From a virus, in the IMG/VR virus record IMGVR_UViG_3300000969_000003, positions 1 to 42,294 of that record: a stretch of DNA of 42,294 nucleotides; one strand, written 5' to 3'. The notes under the pieces are model-generated. The model had not been told where the DNA came from, made no database searches, and worked only from the letters and a program-made list of their open reading frames with translations. Each line of letters opens with the position of its first letter. Position 1 is the stretch's first letter. The translations under genes and the position numbers were made by a program. Shown here one piece after another: positions 7,370 to 15,747 of this stretch.

Positions 7370-7378
7370 GAGAAACGA

Positions 7379-7834
7379 ATGGAAAAACAAGATTGGTTTA
7401 ATGAAGAGAGTGAGATTACCGACCCAATTGCGGTTGAAGAGTTGGAGCGTATTTGCGCTGATGCTAGAGAAAAAGATACTGAGATTAAGAAAATGGAGGC
7501 TGATGTAAAAGAGGAAAAAGCTATTTTATCAAAGATGAAATCTAGGATTCTTATGCACTTGGATAATCTTGGTAAGACAAAGTATATCTCTGACTCAGGA
7601 ACTTTTTATAAAAAGACAAAGTTTTCTGTTACAACACCAAAGACAGAAGATGAAAAAAGAGCTTTCTTTGATTTTTGTAAGGAAAAAGAAATTTACTGGA
7701 AGTATGCATCTGTAAATTCTAGTTCTCTGCAAACTTTATATAAGTCAATGCTTGAAGAGGTAGGGCCTGAGTTTGTTATGCCAGGAGTGGGTGAGCCTAA
7801 ACACTTTGAAGAATTAGCAATGAGGAAAAAGTAA
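7379..7834 (+). CDS. Hypothetical coiled-coil protein (151 aa), possibly Gp157-like
   Basis: An N-terminal heptad-like region is followed by a compact domain. TAGGAGAAACGA SD upstream. The family assignment is only a weak recollection. Confidence 0.6.
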   Translation: MEKQDWFNEESEITDPIAVEELERICADAREKDTEIKKMEADVKEEKAILSKMKSRILMHLDNLGKTKYISDSGTFYKKTKFSVTTPKTEDEKRAFFDFCKEKEIYWKYASVNSSSLQTLYKSMLEEVGPEFVMPGVGEPKHFEELAMRKK

Positions 7835-8037
7835 TGATGGGTTGTATGGAACTAACAAGGTCAAAAGGGTTGAGCTCCATTGTGGTCTTCTTAGATAAAA
7901 TTGTTTTTATACAAGCTCACAGCCAAACAGAAACATCATTGCACTTTATAAATGATAAATCAGTGATCGTTAAACATACTTACGATGAAATTAGAAACGC
8001 CCTAGGGGGGCAACAAACAGGAGAGAGAAATGACTAA
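7834..8037 (+). CDS. Hypothetical protein (67 aa)
   Basis: TAATG-type coupling. No motif recognised. Confidence 0.55.
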   Translation: MMGCMELTRSKGLSSIVVFLDKIVFIQAHSQTETSLHFINDKSVIVKHTYDEIRNALGGQQTGERND

Positions 8038-8785
8038 AAAAGAAGTAGTAGCAAAAGAAGAACATCAATTAGTAGGAACTCAACAAGATGGGGCTTGGGG
8101 CTCTGAGAATATCGACTCTGAAGATATTATTGTCCCTAGAATTATGCTCATGCAAGCAATGTCTGAGTTAGTATCTGATGGACATGCAAGTCTTGGGCAG
8201 TATATTGACTCTTTAAACAAAGACAGAGTAATTGCTGAGAAAGATAAAACTTTTGATGTAATTGTTTTCGGTTCAGATAAGAAAATCATGGTCAACAAGA
8301 ACAATGAATTTGAAGGATTTGAGGACTACACACCCGATTATGTTTATGAGGAAGTCGATGCAGGGGGAAATGTTGTAAATAGAAACCTTCTAACTCAATT
8401 CTATGTTCTTTTAGTATCTGATATTGAAGCAGGAGAAGCATTTCCTTATGTTCTATCTTTCACTAAAACATCAACTAAAGAAGGTAAAAAGCTTGCGACT
8501 CTAATTAAAAAGCTTTCAATGTTCAAGAAACCATCGGCTGCAAAAGTATTTACTATAGGTTCAAAGCAAGAATCTAACGATAAAGGTAAATGGTTTGTAC
8601 CAACTGTTGCAATGGGAAGAGATTCAACAAGTGAAGAAATGTCTCAAGCATACGATTTTTATAAGGCTCTAATGCAAACAAATAACTTTAAAGTGGATGA
8701 CTCTGATATTAAAAAAGAAGAGACTGAAACAACTGAAGTTCAAGACTCTAAAGAAGATATGAGCCAATCAACTCTTAGAGTATAG
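8030..8785 (+). CDS. Hypothetical replication-module protein (251 aa, acidic C-terminal tail); possible ssDNA-binding or recombination role by position only
   Basis: ORF with GGAGAGAGA SD, located just upstream of the DNA polymerase. Acidic tail EETETTEVQDSKEDM. Confidence 0.6.
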   Translation: MTKKEVVAKEEHQLVGTQQDGAWGSENIDSEDIIVPRIMLMQAMSELVSDGHASLGQYIDSLNKDRVIAEKDKTFDVIVFGSDKKIMVNKNNEFEGFEDYTPDYVYEEVDAGGNVVNRNLLTQFYVLLVSDIEAGEAFPYVLSFTKTSTKEGKKLATLIKKLSMFKKPSAAKVFTIGSKQESNDKGKWFVPTVAMGRDSTSEEMSQAYDFYKALMQTNNFKVDDSDIKKEETETTEVQDSKEDMSQSTLRV

Positions 8786-8794
8786 GAATAAAAA

Positions 8795-8953
8795 ATGCAA
8801 AAAAGAGATGCAGTAATCTTTGTCAGGGTAAAACCTGATAATAAGAAATTCTTAATAAATCTTATGAAAAAAGATGGATTCTCAACTTTAGCTAGTTGGT
8901 TTGACGGATTTATTGAAGATTTAGAGAAAAAGAGTAGAAAAAGGAAAAAATGA
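8795..8953 (+). CDS. Small ribbon-helix-helix-like protein (52 aa), below the ORF-track cut-off
   Basis: My own translation: MQKRDAVIFVRVKPDNKKFLINLMKKDGFSTLASWFDGFIEDLEKKSRKRKK. It has a strand-helix-G-x-S-helix pattern. AGGA lies 8 nt upstream. The stop overlaps the polymerase ATG (ATGA). Confidence 0.5.
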   Translation: MQKRDAVIFVRVKPDNKKFLINLMKKDGFSTLASWFDGFIEDLEKKSRKRKK

Positions 8954-10836
8954 TTGTAAGTAAGTCTGATTTTAAAAATGGTGTTTTAGAAAAATTTCAT
9001 GATGCAAATTTTTATGGCCTAGACACTGAAACAACAGGGCTAAGATGGTGGGAAAATGATAGACTTTTTTCCATCATTTTAGCGAACGAATCAGACTCGT
9101 ATTATTTTAACTTTAAAACTACCCCCGATCACTTGGGAAATCTTTGCCCCGATGAATATACCCTCCCTTTATCCTGGTTGCAGGACTTTAACCCTGTTTT
9201 TAACAATAAGGATTCGACTTGGTTCGTCCATAATGTTAAATTTGACTTAGGGATGCTTGCCAGGGAAGGTTTTCATTTGGGTGGGACTACCCATTGCACG
9301 GAGGCGATGGCCCGCCTTATTAATTCACAACACTATTCTTATTCATTAAAAGAATGTCTTAAAAGGAAAGACCTATCCCTTGGAATCAAGGGAGCTCAAA
9401 AGAGTGATGCAGTTGATGAGTATATTAAAGAGCATAAACTCTATGATGAGATTCTAATACCAGGAAAGAAAAAGAAGATTAAGAATAAGAAATTCTATCT
9501 AGTACCCTTTGATGTAATGTCAAAATATGGTGTAGATGACGGCCGTGCCGTGTATGATCTAGGACAATACCAAAGAGATCAGATAAATAATAATTTAAGA
9601 CTAAAACACCCTGAGATTATCCATGTTGCTATAAACGAGAGAAACCTTTCCCCTGTTCTTTTTAACATGGAGAAAAAAGGCGTGACCGTTGACTCTGAGT
9701 ACCTTCAGAAGTCTATAGAGCTTGACACAAAAGCCTCTAAGAAACTAAAACTAGATTATGAGGGATATACCGGAAAACCATTTGTTGACTCTAATGTTCA
9801 GTTTTCAAAATACTTTGACCAGGAAGGAATTGATTATCCTTTATCTGAGAAGGGAAATCCCTCATTTGCAAAGGGAGTATTGAAAGATATTGAACACCCT
9901 ATTTCTCAAATTATCCTAGATATTAGGGCAGCAGATAAGAGGCTAAGTTCTTACTTTACAAATTTTGAGTATTACACCTCAGAAACAGATAATAAAATTC
10001 ACGCAAATATAAAACAAGGTGGGACTCAAACCGGGAGAATGTCAGTAAGAGACCCGGCCCTCCAAACAATACCAAAATTAGAAAAAGATATAGATGATGA
10101 ACAAGACGATGATGTAAATTCAGCAATGGTTAGAAGTTGTTTTATTCCTTACAGTAATGATTATTGTCTTTTTCTCCCTGACTTCGATCAAATGGAATAT
10201 AGAATGATGGTCGATCAAGCTGAGGAAATGGAGCTAATTGAAGCGATTAAGTCAGGATTGGACGTACATAGCGCGACCGCTGAGCTGGTTAATTGCACCC
10301 GAAAAGCCGCGAAAACCATCAATTTCTTGCTTTTATATGGTGGTGGAACACAAAAGTTAGCTGATGCACTTGGGATCTCTTATAACGAGGCTAAGGAGCT
10401 TAAACAAAGATACTTCATGAAACTTAAGAATGTTAAGAAATGGATAAATCTAACAATCAAGAAAGCTGAAATTAGAGGTTATTGCGTTAATTGGATGGGG
10501 AGAATATGTTCCCTAGATAGAAAGTATGCTTATAAAGCTCCTAACTATGAGATACAGGGTGGAAGCTCCGACCTGGTAAAACTTTCTATGGTTAAAATAG
10601 ATAATATGCTCAAAGAGTATAAAACAGATATGAATTTGCAGATACATGATGAGTTGATGTTTAATTTACATAAAGACGAACTGCATCTTGCACCAAAAAT
10701 AGTTGATATAATGGAAAATACTTACCCTCATAAGCATCTAAAACTTACAGCAGGGGCAAGCTTTTCAATGAATAACTGGGGAGAAAAAATAGATGGCTAC
10801 CCAACCCGAAACGAATTTCAAAAAGCGCGCGTTTAA
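8950..10836 (+). CDS. Family-A DNA polymerase with 3'-5' exonuclease domain
   Basis: Motifs seen: FYGLDTETTGL (ExoI), HNVKFDLGML (ExoII), LPDFDQMEYRMM (motif A), RKAAKTINFLLLYGGG (motif B), LQIHDELMF (motif C). Confidence 0.92.
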   Translation: MIVSKSDFKNGVLEKFHDANFYGLDTETTGLRWWENDRLFSIILANESDSYYFNFKTTPDHLGNLCPDEYTLPLSWLQDFNPVFNNKDSTWFVHNVKFDLGMLAREGFHLGGTTHCTEAMARLINSQHYSYSLKECLKRKDLSLGIKGAQKSDAVDEYIKEHKLYDEILIPGKKKKIKNKKFYLVPFDVMSKYGVDDGRAVYDLGQYQRDQINNNLRLKHPEIIHVAINERNLSPVLFNMEKKGVTVDSEYLQKSIELDTKASKKLKLDYEGYTGKPFVDSNVQFSKYFDQEGIDYPLSEKGNPSFAKGVLKDIEHPISQIILDIRAADKRLSSYFTNFEYYTSETDNKIHANIKQGGTQTGRMSVRDPALQTIPKLEKDIDDEQDDDVNSAMVRSCFIPYSNDYCLFLPDFDQMEYRMMVDQAEEMELIEAIKSGLDVHSATAELVNCTRKAAKTINFLLLYGGGTQKLADALGISYNEAKELKQRYFMKLKNVKKWINLTIKKAEIRGYCVNWMGRICSLDRKYAYKAPNYEIQGGSSDLVKLSMVKIDNMLKEYKTDMNLQIHDELMFNLHKDELHLAPKIVDIMENTYPHKHLKLTAGASFSMNNWGEKIDGYPTRNEFQKARV

Positions 10837-11089
10837 AGAGCTTAAAAGCTTAAATTATTGTTGGTATTTTAAAGTAGTTGCTGGCTCCGTTCTAGGGATT
10901 CCCGATGTAATAGGAGTTTATAACGGTAAATTCTTTGCCTGGGAGCTTAAATCAAAGAGAGGAAAACCTTCTCCACTTCAAGAATTAGCAATAAAAAAGA
11001 TTAAACGCTGCGGAGGTATGGCCAGGACTGTTTATCCCGACCAGTTAAAAGAAGCCGTTGAGGAACTTATACAAAAAGGCTCGAAATAA
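10793..11089 (+). CDS. VRR-NUC domain nuclease
   Basis: GIPDVIGVYNGKFFAWELKSKRGKPSPLQ has the PD-(D/E)xK layout typical of VRR-NUC. GGAG SD upstream. Confidence 0.75.
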   Translation: MATQPETNFKKRAFKELKSLNYCWYFKVVAGSVLGIPDVIGVYNGKFFAWELKSKRGKPSPLQELAIKKIKRCGGMARTVYPDQLKEAVEELIQKGSK

Positions 11090-11456
11090 CATTAAGCCCA
11101 CCAGGGAAAGAAATACAATTGTCGTTTGTTTCTTCAGGTTCTGATGGGAGATTAATTGATAATTCCATATTTACTGCTGATCTTCTACGAACAGGGATTC
11201 CTTTAAGGAAAGTAACTCTTACACGCCCAGCAAGCCCTGACCCTGTTGATAATACTTCCAATTTTCCATAAGGAGAATCATCAAGAGTCAGAGTTATATC
11301 CTCGGATTCCCCTTCAATTTGGAGGCTTAAAGAGTCCCCTGAAGCACCAACTAGTTCAGATAAATTTTTTGGCTCAGCACTGTTTCTAAACCTAGCAATT
11401 ATAGAAAATTGCTTATCAGTACCTTCCTTATAATCAACTCTTTTTACAATAGGCAT
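11067..11456 (-). CDS. Hypothetical late protein (129 aa), last gene of the late operon
   Basis: ORF. Its 3' end overlaps the convergent VRR-NUC gene by 23 nt. Confidence 0.6.
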   Translation of the reverse strand: MPIVKRVDYKEGTDKQFSIIARFRNSAEPKNLSELVGASGDSLSLQIEGESEDITLTLDDSPYGKLEVLSTGSGLAGRVRVTFLKGIPVRRRSAVNMELSINLPSEPEETNDNCISFPGGLNVISSLFV

Positions 11457-11468
11457 TTGGTATTCTCC

Positions 11469-11879
11469 TTAGCACTCAATTAATCCAATTAAAATATCTG
11501 AATCATCATCAATTAACCCTTCTATAATATCACCAGGAAGCCCCTGAGATATTAGACTATTGATATTTGTATTTATATTTTCCAGTAAAGGCCTTGTTAA
11601 ATCTCTATGGAAGCACTCAATGTCCCTTCCTATTTCATCATTTTCTTGAGTTCTAGGTTCATCATCAAAGGGAATATATATGGCCGTAAGTTTTGAAGTG
11701 TCCGGCATTGTTGTTAAACCTCTATAAAGACCATTTCCAATATGCGGCATAACAATTGCGTTCCCAACCGGTGCATTACTAGCATCTATTAATAAAGCAT
11801 GGAGAAATAAATCTTCAGTACCATTTACAGCGGTATAGTCTAAAATTATTTGCTCACCTAAAATAAATTTTTTGCTCAT
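11469..11879 (-). CDS. Hypothetical late protein (136 aa)
   Basis: ORF coupled to the upstream gene (4-nt overlap). Confidence 0.65.
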   Translation of the reverse strand: MSKKFILGEQIILDYTAVNGTEDLFLHALLIDASNAPVGNAIVMPHIGNGLYRGLTTMPDTSKLTAIYIPFDDEPRTQENDEIGRDIECFHRDLTRPLLENINTNINSLISQGLPGDIIEGLIDDDSDILIGLIEC

Positions 11880-12214
11880 ATTTTACCTAGTTCTGATTTC
11901 CTAGCCCAGCTCCAAACCTCATAGTTACTCATTTCTCTAAAATTCTGCTGCTCTAGGGGCATAATGCTCTTTTCGCAATGCCTCATTATAACTTTTCCGT
12001 TTTCTTTAATGTTATCAAAGAAAAAGAGACAATCCACGAATATTCTAAACCATTTTACCCAAAAATACCGATGATTTTCACGACCTTTCTCATCGCGAAC
12101 TGTTCTCCCAAGTCTTGAGCTCAAAGTCTCATCAGGGTGTCCAAGAACAATTGAGTTAGCAAGTTGGTCAACTGCTAGTAAAATATTGACTACAATTCTA
12201 AAAAATAAATTCAT
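11876..12214 (-). CDS. Hypothetical membrane protein (112 aa)
   Basis: N-terminal hydrophobic helix FFRIVVNILLAVDQLANSIVL followed by GHPDETLSSRLGR. Confidence 0.6.
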   Translation of the reverse strand: MNLFFRIVVNILLAVDQLANSIVLGHPDETLSSRLGRTVRDEKGRENHRYFWVKWFRIFVDCLFFFDNIKENGKVIMRHCEKSIMPLEQQNFREMSNYEVWSWARKSELGKI

Positions 12215-12903
12215 ATCTCAGTCTCCCCTGTCATTTGATATAATATTGCTTGCCCAATTGATCGACCGTTTGGGAATTTCTCATCAGGTTTTTCACCAGG
12301 AAAAAGAGGAGGAACGAAATCAAGGATATTTTTTATCCCGATATTAGTCTCGTTTCTAATTCTCATTTCAAGGATAGGGTCTCCTGAACCTTTATAATTT
12401 GTAATATCTGCTCCATAATGTCTTAAAAGAGTAAAGATATTATTTGAAATAGAAACTAGAGTCTCGTATTGAGTTTTATAAGGTTCAATACCCCTAACCT
12501 CAACAGGGATAGTCTCAGCTAAATCCGCTAGGTTTTCACCGCTAACCTCAAGACTATCAATTTGATTTGTTCTAACGTCCCTATTTAATCTTTTTAATTG
12601 TTGTTTCTTATCTTTAACTTTTAAAACTTCACTGTGCCCAACTGTTCCATCGGGATTAAGCCACTCAGCTTTATGGGTTGCTTTAGTTATTTTTCGTTTA
12701 AGTCCATCGGATTCAACTTGCCATTCGTACACGTACAATTCTCTGATAACTAAATTTCCCTCTGTTCTATGAAAATATTCTCTCACTAGGTAAGCACCTC
12801 TTTCAAAAAGCCAATCATCATATACAAAATTAAAATCTTTTCTTTTGAAATTCTTACCTAAAAGCTCTTCAACTTCATATTCTTCAAAAATATCATAAGC
12901 CAT
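12211..12903 (-). CDS. Hypothetical late protein (230 aa)
   Basis: ORF coupled on both sides. Confidence 0.65.
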   Translation of the reverse strand: MAYDIFEEYEVEELLGKNFKRKDFNFVYDDWLFERGAYLVREYFHRTEGNLVIRELYVYEWQVESDGLKRKITKATHKAEWLNPDGTVGHSEVLKVKDKKQQLKRLNRDVRTNQIDSLEVSGENLADLAETIPVEVRGIEPYKTQYETLVSISNNIFTLLRHYGADITNYKGSGDPILEMRIRNETNIGIKNILDFVPPLFPGEKPDEKFPNGRSIGQAILYQMTGETEI

Positions 12904-13700
12904 TATAGAACCTCCGCTGTATAAGTAAGCCTCTTTACTCGTATGTTTGCTTCATAAATTGTTGATTCAACACCGTTGGCTGAAGTATTCCAAGATAGGG
13001 CAACGTCAACGACCTGATTTGCAGTTAGACCACTTAGAGGGATTTGTTTAAAAACTGCATCTCTTTGATCTGTCCCGGTGTTTTCGTTTATATTATCCTC
13101 TCTATTTTCCGCGATTATCCCTGTCCCTGCTGAATCTTTTGCTTCTTTTCTATTTATATTAAAAGTCTCAGTAGCTCCGTTTCTAGTGACAAGAGCATTT
13201 GATATAAAGTCATTCGTTGTACTATCGTGTGAAGTTCTGAAATCAATTATAGCTACATAGTCCCCAGCAGCAGGAACCGTGAAACGTCCAGCTAGAAAAG
13301 TCTGAGGATTTGAATTATCATTTATCCTAGGGAGATTATTTGAAACCATAGCATCATAAACGTAAGCTCTTGTTGCAAGGTCTTGATTATCTGTAGGGTT
13401 TGCAAAATTCTTAGCTTGGCTAAGATTGCTGACAATATTTGCGAAAAAATTTGTAATAGCTTGAAAAGCATTTATCTCAGTAAATGTATTTTCTTCATTT
13501 CTTCTAGCAACGTCAGCCCCTACATTTATGGTAACGGCACCTGTACCCTCATCAGCTCCTGTACTCGATATTTCAATATCTGTTCCAGGAACAACAGAGG
13601 CAATTACAGCTCGCCCAGGTGTTTGCATATTAAGGTCAGCTCGGGAAACCGAGCCGTCCTTAATATCTCTTGACTTGATTCTTGTCTTTTTATTACCCAT
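12903..13700 (-). CDS. Tail-fibre-like protein (265 aa)
   Basis: N-terminal IKDGSVSRADL and NPTDNQDLATRAYVYD, the 'nPt..tDaatkaYVd' motif common in phage fibre proteins. GAAGG SD upstream. Confidence 0.55.
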   Translation of the reverse strand: MGNKKTRIKSRDIKDGSVSRADLNMQTPGRAVIASVVPGTDIEISSTGADEGTGAVTINVGADVARRNEENTFTEINAFQAITNFFANIVSNLSQAKNFANPTDNQDLATRAYVYDAMVSNNLPRINDNSNPQTFLAGRFTVPAAGDYVAIIDFRTSHDSTTNDFISNALVTRNGATETFNINRKEAKDSAGTGIIAENREDNINENTGTDQRDAVFKQIPLSGLTANQVVDVALSWNTSANGVESTIYEANIRVKRLTYTAEVL

Positions 13701-13704
13701 CTAA

Positions 13705-14520
13705 TTACCTTCTGTAGTCTAAAATCACAACCTCGTCAGCTTCTAAGTTTTCAGAAAAAGTAACTGAAGTTCCGTTTGCAAAATAATCTGAAGTTGGAAG
13801 ATCAGCAAGAGTTGCAGCAGGACAAAGTCTCTGACCGTTTCTATAAACTCTTAAAGTTCCTACAATTGGAGTATTTGCTGCTGTTACAACCGCTTGCCCT
13901 GCTGTGATAGTTGGAGTCTCACCAAAAACCTCAACCCCTAGTGCTTCAATAGCTGCGATTCTATTTCCTAGAATCATACCTTGATTAGCCGATAGTGGGT
14001 CAACAACAGATACTGATGAAAGATCATCAACAATATCACTTTCTCTTAAAAGATCAGCCGATTCAGTATTATCAATTTTAAAAACATCAGCAACCGCAAT
14101 CGCACTATCAGAAGCAATATCTGATCTAATCATGATCGCATCGCCAACATTTACAGGGATTACCCCATCTGAAACAACTAGAGAACCAGTTGAAGCTATT
14201 AGAAATTTATCTCCTGCCATATATCCATCAGAACCATCAGCATAAGTATTTCCTGTTGAGTTTCCTGTTAGATTAGCATTACCTGGAATATCCATTCTAT
14301 TTTGGACACCACCAGCGATTGATTGCTGTAAAGCTAAAAACTGGGAAAATACAACAGGTTCTGTTGGGTTTACTGCTTCTCTTAACCCTGCAATTGTAGC
14401 GTCATTAGCTCCATTTGTAAGATCAAGAACTGCACCCTCAAGAAAATTAACTCTTAGGTTTCCTCTTGTTACTTGCCCTTGTCCGATTTGAAATGCTCTT
14501 AATTGCCCTGTTCTTGCCAT
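13705..14520 (-). CDS. Tail-fibre-like protein (271 aa)
   Basis: A similar IAGLREAVNPTEPVVFSQF motif in a Gly/Asn/Ser/Thr-rich protein. GGAGAG SD upstream. Confidence 0.5.
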   Translation of the reverse strand: MARTGQLRAFQIGQGQVTRGNLRVNFLEGAVLDLTNGANDATIAGLREAVNPTEPVVFSQFLALQQSIAGGVQNRMDIPGNANLTGNSTGNTYADGSDGYMAGDKFLIASTGSLVVSDGVIPVNVGDAIMIRSDIASDSAIAVADVFKIDNTESADLLRESDIVDDLSSVSVVDPLSANQGMILGNRIAAIEALGVEVFGETPTITAGQAVVTAANTPIVGTLRVYRNGQRLCPAATLADLPTSDYFANGTSVTFSENLEADEVVILDYRR

Positions 14521-14531
14521 TTTTCTCTCTC

Positions 14532-14858
14532 CTATTTAATATTATTATTCACTAATGTTCCTAGTAGAAAACTACTTAACCCAATCGTTATAACTCCCAA
14601 GGGAGTTTGCCAAAATGCATCTTTAACTCTCTTACTATCGGAGCATTTTCTATATGCTTTAGTTGTAGTCTCTAAGTTTTTGTTAGAAAGTTCACAACTT
14701 TTAATAAAAGCAGCTAGATTGCTCTGATCTGTCTCGTTTAACTGTAATGTATTACTTTTTACTCTTAGGTGTTCCATTCTTAATACTTGCGCCTTTGCTG
14801 ATTGCTCTGCTAATAATATCAGCATCAGAAATATTAAGATTTTTTTTAAATGATTCAA
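14532..14858 (-). CDS. Exported/bitopic small protein (108 aa, TTG start): Sec-type signal peptide plus C-terminal TM helix; unimolecular-spanin-like topology without a lipobox
   Basis: AAGGAGAACGAAC-TTG at 14871..14856. (M)NHLKKILIFLMLILLAEQSAKA|QV is a signal peptide. The C-terminal PLGVITIGLSSFLLGTLV is a TM helix. It starts inside the preceding gene in another frame (107-nt overlap). Confidence 0.5.
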   Translation of the reverse strand: MNHLKKILIFLMLILLAEQSAKAQVLRMEHLRVKSNTLQLNETDQSNLAAFIKSCELSNKNLETTTKAYRKCSDSKRVKDAFWQTPLGVITIGLSSFLLGTLVNNNIK

Positions 14859-15018
14859 GTTCGTTCTCCTTGAGTTGCTTTTCAAACTTCGTGTTTTCGT
14901 GATCTGCTTTCTCTTTTAAAACTTTTCTACTCATAAAAGAGTAAATCCAAGCTCCCAACAGCGTAGCCGTAGGGAGAACTTCTTTTAACCAGTTTAAAAC
15001 TTTGTCGAGTATCTTCAT
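14752..15018 (-). CDS. Small N-terminally anchored membrane protein (88 aa); holin or i-spanin-like
   Basis: TM helix VLPTATLLGAWIYSFM followed by a charged helical region. TAATG coupling to the upstream gene. Confidence 0.55.
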   Translation of the reverse strand: MKILDKVLNWLKEVLPTATLLGAWIYSFMSRKVLKEKADHENTKFEKQLKENELESFKKNLNISDADIISRAISKGASIKNGTPKSKK

Positions 15019-15263
15019 TACTTAGTCTCTTTTTTATGAGTACCAGAAATAATTTTACCCTCTTCTCTCTTAACATTTGGAACTTTTAAAAAATCCATGA
15101 TTTTTCTAAGTATAACACCCACACGCTCAATCCCAGAATGGTAATTCTTAGTAGGAAAAAGTCTCGCTATACTCTCCAACGCAGTAACAATAACAGATAA
15201 ACAAACTAGAAAATTAGCATAATTCTCGCTAATCCAATGAAACGCCTCTTTTAAAATCTCCAT
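15018..15263 (-). CDS. Small membrane protein (81 aa from ATG 15263; 85 aa from 15275); holin candidate
   Basis: Single TM helix NFLVCLSVIVTALESIARLF. It lies immediately downstream of the endolysin gene and overlaps its 3' end. Confidence 0.5.
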   Translation of the reverse strand: MEILKEAFHWISENYANFLVCLSVIVTALESIARLFPTKNYHSGIERVGVILRKIMDFLKVPNVKREEGKIISGTHKKETK

Positions 15264-15747
15264 AGATTCCCCCATACTTTAGTAAATTTGAGTAAGTTAA
15301 TGGGATATAAACCTGACTTCCATTTCTTAAAATTCCCATCCATCTAGCTTCTCGGTAGTTGTATGTGAAATCTTTATCCCATTTTAAGGGTCTTGAATCT
15401 AAGTGTAAGCCGCCTACTTTACGGCCGTTATATTTCCAATGAGGGTAAAACCCTATTCCAGTGAATCCAAACCTCTCAGCGGCTAGTATTAGGTCTATAA
15501 AGTTGCCCTCATAATCAGGGATAACTATATCAGTCGCACAAGCTCCATTGCCTCGATAGTGAAAACTCTTCTTTGAATGTCCTCCAATTGATACACCGGC
15601 CGTCACATATACAGGGACGCCAAGATAATGACGAAAATCATCAAGTCTAAATAAATGCTCCGCTGATATTGCATCAACATCGCCCCATTTATCACGGGAT
15701 TCTTTTTTGAAGTATCTTAGTTTTTTCCATTCGCTTTCACTGGCCAT
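15229..15747 (-). CDS. Endolysin, peptidase M15-type zinc D,D/L,D-peptidase
   Basis: SFHYRGNGACATDI (H-x-x-G-x-A-x-D) and GGLHLDSR (H-x-D) are metal ligands. GVPVYVTAG and GIGFY segments fit the Peptidase_M15 pattern. No signal peptide. Confidence 0.75.
   Translation of the reverse strand: MASESEWKKLRYFKKESRDKWGDVDAISAEHLFRLDDFRHYLGVPVYVTAGVSIGGHSKKSFHYRGNGACATDIVIPDYEGNFIDLILAAERFGFTGIGFYPHWKYNGRKVGGLHLDSRPLKWDKDFTYNYREARWMGILRNGSQVYIPLTYSNLLKYGGIYGDFKRGVSLD

Noticed and set aside
7326-7508. 60-aa plus-strand ORF bridging two genes
   Set aside because: It overlaps both the 7157..7369 and 7379..7834 ORFs out of frame. It has no SD and a basic, off-frame-like composition.
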